A DNA stretch of 64,000 nt from Macrostomum lignano (taxonomy: Eukaryota): assembly GCA_002269645.1 (NCBI GenBank), contig NIVC01002433.1:110440-174439 (forward strand), read 5' to 3'. The position numbers were made by a program, and so were the translations under genes. The notes under the pieces are model-generated. The model saw only the letters and a program-made list of their open reading frames with translations. It searched no databases and was not told the DNA's origin. Position 1 is the first letter of the stretch. Every line of letters begins with the position of its first letter. Below, one piece after another: positions 58,301 to 64,000 of this stretch.

Positions 58301-61300
58301 GATGGCTGAGGGGTGATTCTTATGGATGGCTGAGGGGCGATTATCATTGATGGCTCAGGGGCGATTCTTATGGATGGCTGAGGGGCGATTCTTATGGATG
58401 GCTGAGGGGCGATTCTTATGGATGGCTGAGGGGCGATTCTTATGGATAGCTGAGGGGCGATTCTTATGGATAGCTGAGGGGCGATTCTTATGGATGGCTG
58501 AGGGGCGATTCTTATGGATGGATGAGGGGCGATTATCATTGATGGCTCAGGGGCGATTCTTATGGATGGCTGAGGGGCGATTCTTATGGATGGCTGAGGG
58601 GCGATTCTTATGGTCGTTATGGATGGCTGAGGGGCGATTATCATTGATGGCTCAGGGGCGATTCTTATGGATGGCTGAGGGGCGATTCTTATGGATGGCT
58701 GAGGGGCGATTCTTATTGATGGCTCAGGTGTGATTCTTATGGATGGCTGAGGGGCGATTCTTATGGATGGCTCAGGGGCGATTCTTATTGATGGCTCAGG
58801 TGTGATTCTTATGGATGGCTGAGGGGCGATTCTTATAGATGGCTCAGGTGTGATTCTTATGGATGGCTGAGGGGAGATTTTTATGGACGGCTCAGGGGCG
58901 ATTCTTATGGATGGCTGAGGGGCCTTTTTACAGAACAAATACATTATCATTGATGATTAGTGCGCCAAATTCAGATAAAATACCTGAAAGTCCAATCCAG
59001 TCGCTGAGCCCTGATTAGCGGCGGCAGCGGCAGCAGCCGCGGCTGCAGCCATCTGCTGTTGCTGCTGCTGGCTAGCCAGATGCCCGGGCACACCCTGATG
59101 GTGTCCGGCGGCAGCTGACGAAGGCGGCGGCGGCACACCGCCAGCTGAGCCTCCATGCTGCTGCTGCTGCTGCTGTTGCATGGCAGCTACAGAATAGGCA
59201 GACATCGGAGACTGGTACTGCTGCACACCGCCGGGACCGTGACCGGCGGCCGCAGCCGCGGCAGCTGCAGCAGCGGCGGCAGCAGCTTGAGGCACCGGTG
59301 GTACACCCTGCGGTGTGCCAACCAGCTGCTGTTGCTGTTGTTGCTGCTGTTGCTGACTGCCAGACTGACTGTAACTCATCTGGTTAGAAGCATCGTAACC
59401 GCTGTAGCCTGATTGAGACGAAATTGACAATTGACAATTGATACTGGTGAGTTAATTTCTAGATAGATTCAATCCCATCCCATCCCGAATCCCATCCCAT
59501 ACTCGCTAACTGACTTAGAAATCCCTAAGTCCCATCCCATACTCGCTAACTGACTCAGAAATTCCTAAGTCCCATCCCATACTCGCTAACTGACTCAGAA
59601 ATCCCTAAGTCCCATCCCATACTGGCTAACTGACTCAGAAATCCCCAAGTCCCATCCCATACTGGCTAACTGACTCAGAAATCCCTAAGTCCCATCCCAT
59701 ACTGGCTAACTGACTCAGAAATCCCTAAGTCCCATCCCATACTGGCTAACTGACTCAGAAATCCCTAAGTCCCATCCCACACTCGCTTCCTGACTCAGAA
59801 ATCCCCAAATCCCATCCCACACATGCTAACGACTTAGAATTTTTCAAATTTCATCTCACTCGCTGACTCAGAAATCCACAAATCCCATCTCACACTCGCT
59901 TCCTGACTCAGAAATCCCCAAATCCCATCCCACACATGCTAACGACTTAGAATTTTTCAAATTTCATCTCACTCGCTAACTGACTCAGAAATCCACAAAT
60001 CCCATCTCACACTCGCTAACTGACTCAGAAATCCACAAATCCCATCTCACACTCGCTAACTGACTCAGAAATCCACAAATTCCATCTCACACTCGCTGAC
60101 TTAAAAATCTAACAAATACCAATTTAAATCTCATACTTTAGTTTAAGAATCAGCTTGGCTAGGACTTACCCTGCGACACGTTGGGCGCTTGAGAATAGGG
60201 TACCTGACCAACTTGGGCGGTGGCCTGATGCGGATTGGCCTGATTTTGATTGGACGCCGGACCGGAGCCGCTGGCAGCGGCGGCCACAGCCTGATTGTAG
60301 TCGTAGCCTTGGGCGTAGTAAGCCTGCTGAGTATTAAGTGTTACTTATTGGGGTCAATCCAGGTCAATCCTGATTGATCATTGATGGCTGAGGGACGATT
60401 CTTAGATGGCTGAGGGGCGATTCTTACTGGTAGCTAAGGGGCGATTCTTATAGATGGCTGAGGGGCGATTCTTTTTGATGGCTGAGGGGCGATTCTTACT
60501 GATAGCTGAGGGGCCCTTTTTGCCCTTTTACATAACAGATACAAAATCATACCTGATCATAACCAGCAAACTGTGGTTGAGCCCCATAATTGGCATATTG
60601 GAAACTGAAATGTAAATTAGATAGTGCAGAAACACAATAAAATTATAACATATTATTTAACATATTATAATGCTTAAAAGCTGTAAATAATAAAGCAGTT
60701 TATAATCAAGCTCTCACTTGGCAGTTGGTGCCTGACCACTTTGAGCAGCAACAGCTGAAGCCATTCCTTGTTGATATTGAAAACCTAGGAATCAAAAGCA
60801 ATTAAAATGCATAATTTTTCTTTTATAACTTTAGCAAAAACGAATACAAATATAACTTTATTACAAATATAAAATACCATAGCTTAGAGAACTTGATTTA
60901 AAATAAATCAAAAAATATCATCTATAAGGAATATAGACTAGTAAAGAAGATATATATACATGTAAACTATAGCCAACTTAGATAATCTAGCAAATATAAA
61001 TAGTAAAAAACTAAGCCAAAAGGAAATTGCAAAATTGACAAAATTTGATTAATAATAGACTTCTATCTATAAGGGTCTAATGACTTACTAATAGGTATGC
61101 AAAAAGGAAATTTGAATAAAATGTAAGCTTCTTGCAAAAATAACAATGCTTTTCTATAGTCTTCCCAGCCCACACTGAGTAGGTTATTAATATGCTAGAA
61201 AGCTAGCATAATAATTGACAGTTTAACATTTTTAGTATGTTATTACTTGTCCATGTCCAATACTCTGGAAGATGTAGTGCATGCCAAAATTTTCTGATTC

Positions 61301-62820
61301 ACATTTTAAAATGTTAGCATACATTACATACAACTAAAATGTGTAGTTATTAGCATCTATAATTGACACATAACATTTATAATGGCATGCTAATGTAGAA
61401 CATATAATACATTGACATTTTAGTTTGGTTGATTCTTTTTTTTGCTTATACTATTAGAGCAAAAATTCAATTTGCACAAACATTTTTATAACACCTTACT
61501 GCAAGCTTTAAAACCTAGAAAACTTGAAATTTATGGCTAAACTAGATATTTATATGTTTTTCAATATTTAATTTTAATATACAAATAAAAACATTTACTT
61601 TTTTTGAAATGAAAAATGTTTGTACAAACTGTCTCCCCCCTTTAGTCTAGGCATTATGCCTGGCATGTGGTGCATAAGCCTAGCATAAGTCTAGCATAAA
61701 GGATAAGATTTTATCAGTTTTCCTCCAATGTAACTCCAAGCATTCAGGATGGAATTCTTGTATTTCTTAAGTCAAACAGAATTATGCGATTTTTTCATGG
61801 TGCACAAAATATTTTTTATTGGTCGCATTTTTATTTTTGTACTTAGCACGGCGCAAAATGGTAAAAACAAGACAATAATGAAAAGTGCATTCTAAGAAAA
61901 TGTAATGATTTGAATTTTCATCCAAATACATATCACCCGTCATATGTTAGAGAATGTTACAAGTTTCTACTTTTTATAGAATTTTTTTGAATTTTTACTT
62001 TTGTGCCTTATTTAGTTTTTATTTTTTATTCTTTTTCTTTGTGATCTTAGCTAGGCCTAGTAAGATTATCTTTTGCAAAATCCAATATCTCAAGCGTACT
62101 TTTGCATATATTAAGAATTAGCAATTTTGTCTGAAATTCTGCGACACATTTTTTCTGGATTTTTTGACGCAAAATCACATTTTTTTGCACAATTGCATAA
62201 CACATTGTGATTTTTCTGCAATAATTCCATCCAGGTCAAGCATGAAACAGACTATGGCTTCTAATAAAGCATGAAACAGACTATGGCTTGTAATAAAGCA
62301 TTTAAACAGATCTTTATATTTATATATATAGATATCAATTTTCCACTGTAAATAATATTGCCAAAAAACAGAAAAATAAACCAAATTATTTGTCAAAGAG
62401 GTCTATTATGCAATAAACATGTTATTTATATTTTCACAATATAAAAAAGGTAATTTTATTGTTGCAACACCAGCAGAGTTTAAGGAATGGGTGTGTATTC
62501 AATTTTTTTGGCATGCATTTAACAATCAATTTTTGTTTAGACATGAACCCGGCATGATCTGGACTAGGCCTAGGCCTATGGAATGGCAATTCTTGGCAAT
62601 TTTAGCTAGATTAGGCCTAGGTTTTTTAATAGGTAAAGGGAAAACTAAAAAATGAGATAGTAAAAATTTCAAATGCCAAAAAGGCATAGTATATATACTA
62701 AATATTACTAATGGCATTGGCTTTGGGCCTAATTAACATTTCATCATTATGCTTGATTTTTAATTGCGATTGCCATAAACAGAAACAAAAAATTAATTTA
62801 CCTTGATTAGCAGACATCAT
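52381..62820 (-). CDS. FET-family RNA-binding protein (FUS/EWSR1/TAF15/cabeza orthogroup), 9 exons
   Basis: Exons: 62820-62802, 60784-60718, 60604-60553, 60326-60170, 59408-58984, 57269-56926, 54459-54422, 53498-53290, 52992-52381; phase-consistent. SYGQ/Q/A-rich low-complexity N-terminus (MMSANQGFQYQQG..QYANYGAQPQFAGYDQ), FET-type RRM (DTVLIEGL..VRINDKSGMPMIWIFK..TGRALVSYLDPSSSQTAIQMFNG), RGG, RanBP2 zinc finger DWVCPSCRNRNYSWRESCNRC, C-terminal PY-NLS (RFNPY*). Confidence 0.93.
53060..53215. repeat. Short minisatellite, ~23-24 bp unit GGGGCGATTCTCATGCTGATTATG, FET intron 8
   Basis: ~6 copies; shares the core GGGGCGATTCT with arrays in FET introns 3 and 5. Confidence 0.9.
54790..54990. repeat. 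39 bp CT-rich minisatellite, FET intron 6
   Basis: ATCGCCT recurs at 54812, 54851, 54890; ~5 copies. Confidence 0.9.
56231..56338 (-). mobile_element. tRNA-derived SINE copy lacking the central domain
   Basis: Reverse complement: GGATTTAGCCTAGTGGTTGAGCATCGGACTC..GGTTCGATTCCC joined to GCGACCCCCCC..CAGTCCTTGGACTGAGCAGCCGTACGCAGCC. Confidence 0.8.
57366..57617 (-). mobile_element. Near full-length tRNA-derived SINE (~250 bp), FET intron 5
   Basis: A box (TAACCTAGTAG) and B box (GGTTCGATTCC), central CCTTGAAGAGGACACTTAACTCTGCATTGCTTCAGTTCACCCGGCTGTAAAATGGG (CORE-like by recall), 3' tail shared with 21768-21958. Confidence 0.85.
57603..58017. repeat. Minisatellite, 18 bp unit TAGGCTACAA(C/T)CCCGG-based, fused to the SINE 5' end
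   Basis: ~23 copies starting inside the SINE terminus. Confidence 0.95.
58293..58922. repeat. Minisatellite, 21 bp unit GATGGCTGAGGGGCGATTCTTATG-based, FET intron 5
   Basis: ~28 copies; homologous to the intron 3 array including its flanks. Confidence 0.95.
59470..60110. repeat. Minisatellite, 40 bp unit CCCATCCCATACTCGCTAACTGACTCAGAAATCCCTAAGT, FET intron 4
   Basis: Exact 40-bp period at 59531, 59571, 59611 and onward. Confidence 0.95.
60378..60512. repeat. Short array of the GATGGCTGAGGGGCGATTCTT unit, FET intron 3
   Basis: ~6 copies. Confidence 0.9.
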
Positions 62821-64000
62821 TTTTCACTAAGTGATTACTATAGTATATTGAATCTTTTCTTGTTTATTATGCCTAGGACCTAATAAACTCAATCGATTTT
62901 TGACGTTTATAGCTGACGTTATTTACTAACGTAATAAAAAACTTTTTTGATGAGTTTAAAATATTTGATGACATCTTGGTCAAAACAGAAGGTAATAATT
63001 TTAAACAAATAACGAACTAAAACGACAATGTTTTAGGGTTTATTGATCAAACTTTTTTGCTTTTAAATGCTGAATGAGTGTAATGAGAAAATGTCTGAAA
63101 GGTTTTTGAATAATTATCTTGTATTTAATATTTGTATACTTACGACTATACTTTTTATAAACAAAAGATTTTAAACTCATAAATCAGGCAAAGTAAGCGA
63201 TTTGATATTTGAAAGACAGAATCCGCTTTTTAACGGTGAATGAGCTCTGTAGTAGCAGCTTTTACGTCTTGTGGGTCATTCTGAGGGTTGAATTTAGAGT
63301 AATTATGTTTTCCCGCTAGTCAGTCCCTTAGAAGCTGATTGTATTTATACTACACAGAACGAACAGAGACTTTGATTATTGTTACATGTAGTTAGCCAGG
63401 CCGGACTTGGCCTAAGCTAAAATGTGTTTTCTAATATTAAGGACAATAAATTGCAATACAGAATTTTGAATAGCTGAGATAGATAATGATCGATCGGTTA
63501 TTCCGTTGATTTCTGTGAAGCTACTGTTACGTCTTTGTACTACCCATTTTAAAGATTCTTGAAACTTATTGAGCAGATTTCAAGCATAAAATCATTAAAT
63601 ATATGCCCTCAAATTATCTTTTATCTGATTCTATTTTCAGCGGCTTACAATTACATGACTTTATTCAAGCCCTTCTAGTCAGAAATGCAATTTCAAAAGA
63701 ATTAACTGCATGTATCGTGAGCCAGTTGGCACTGATAACTTACCCCCTGCAGATTGTCATTCGCTATTGTTATGCAATCGGGCCCTTTCTCGCCCTCCTG
63801 CCCCGCCCCAACCCTCCAGTCTGCCCCACCCCTCCAATCAAAAATCAATGTGTACGCCGATCACGCCACTCGCACCACCACCCATACCGTACATTTGTTC
63901 TTAAGTTATATTCATGTACGCGTAGGACCAATGAAAAATATATAAATGAAATCGCTTTCTGGAGGGCAGGCTCGATCCTTGCTCGCGTTTGGTGCGCCTC

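Noticed and set aside
1883-59000. Long low-complexity ORFs in the track (e.g. 3312-4190, 4252-4959, 12167-12970, 16065-17073, 24294-25694, 35230-36145, 45157-46527, 58231-58950)
   Set aside because: They are translations of tandem arrays lacking stop codons, lie in introns or spacers, and are open in several frames at once.
9915-63923. ACGCGT upstream of three genes (9915, 27036, 63918) as a shared promoter element
   Set aside because: A 6-mer at inconsistent distances (135-1100 bp from the ATG); too weak without statistics.

Overview
Eukaryotic (animal) genomic DNA with spliceosomal GT-AG introns. GC-rich exons with poly-Ala/Gln/Gly runs, plus introns filled with minisatellites, suggest a Macrostomum-like free-living flatworm (inference only). 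Exon chains were reconstructed by hand with consistent splice phases. Minus strand: a 12-exon IKK-related kinase (TBK1/IKKe family), 12-exon DNA polymerase alpha catalytic subunit (POLA1), 7-exon CEP83, single-exon SYS1, a 2-exon 104-aa secreted prepropeptide of unknown family, and a 9-exon FET-family (FUS/EWS/TAF15/cabeza) RNA-binding protein. Plus strand: a small-exon RING-H2 gene (RNF24/RNF122-like) that the ORF track does not show as a gene. Mobile DNA: a 1296-bp decayed mariner with perfect 31-bp TIRs, four differently deleted copies of a tRNA-derived SINE, and several MITEs. The dominant unusual feature is about 33 tandem arrays, nearly one private unit per long intron. Several units trace to local or dispersed templates (a SINE 5' end, a MITE interior, an inverted-repeat element, a sister intron). 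Several carry splice-signal motifs (CAG|GTA, CTAAC..CAG) in the sense orientation. Two introns contain copies of nearby exon pieces, one inverted so that it could pair with the catalytic-loop exon of the kinase. Most long ORFs in the supplied track are artefacts of these repeats. Array boundaries and copy numbers are by-eye estimates.
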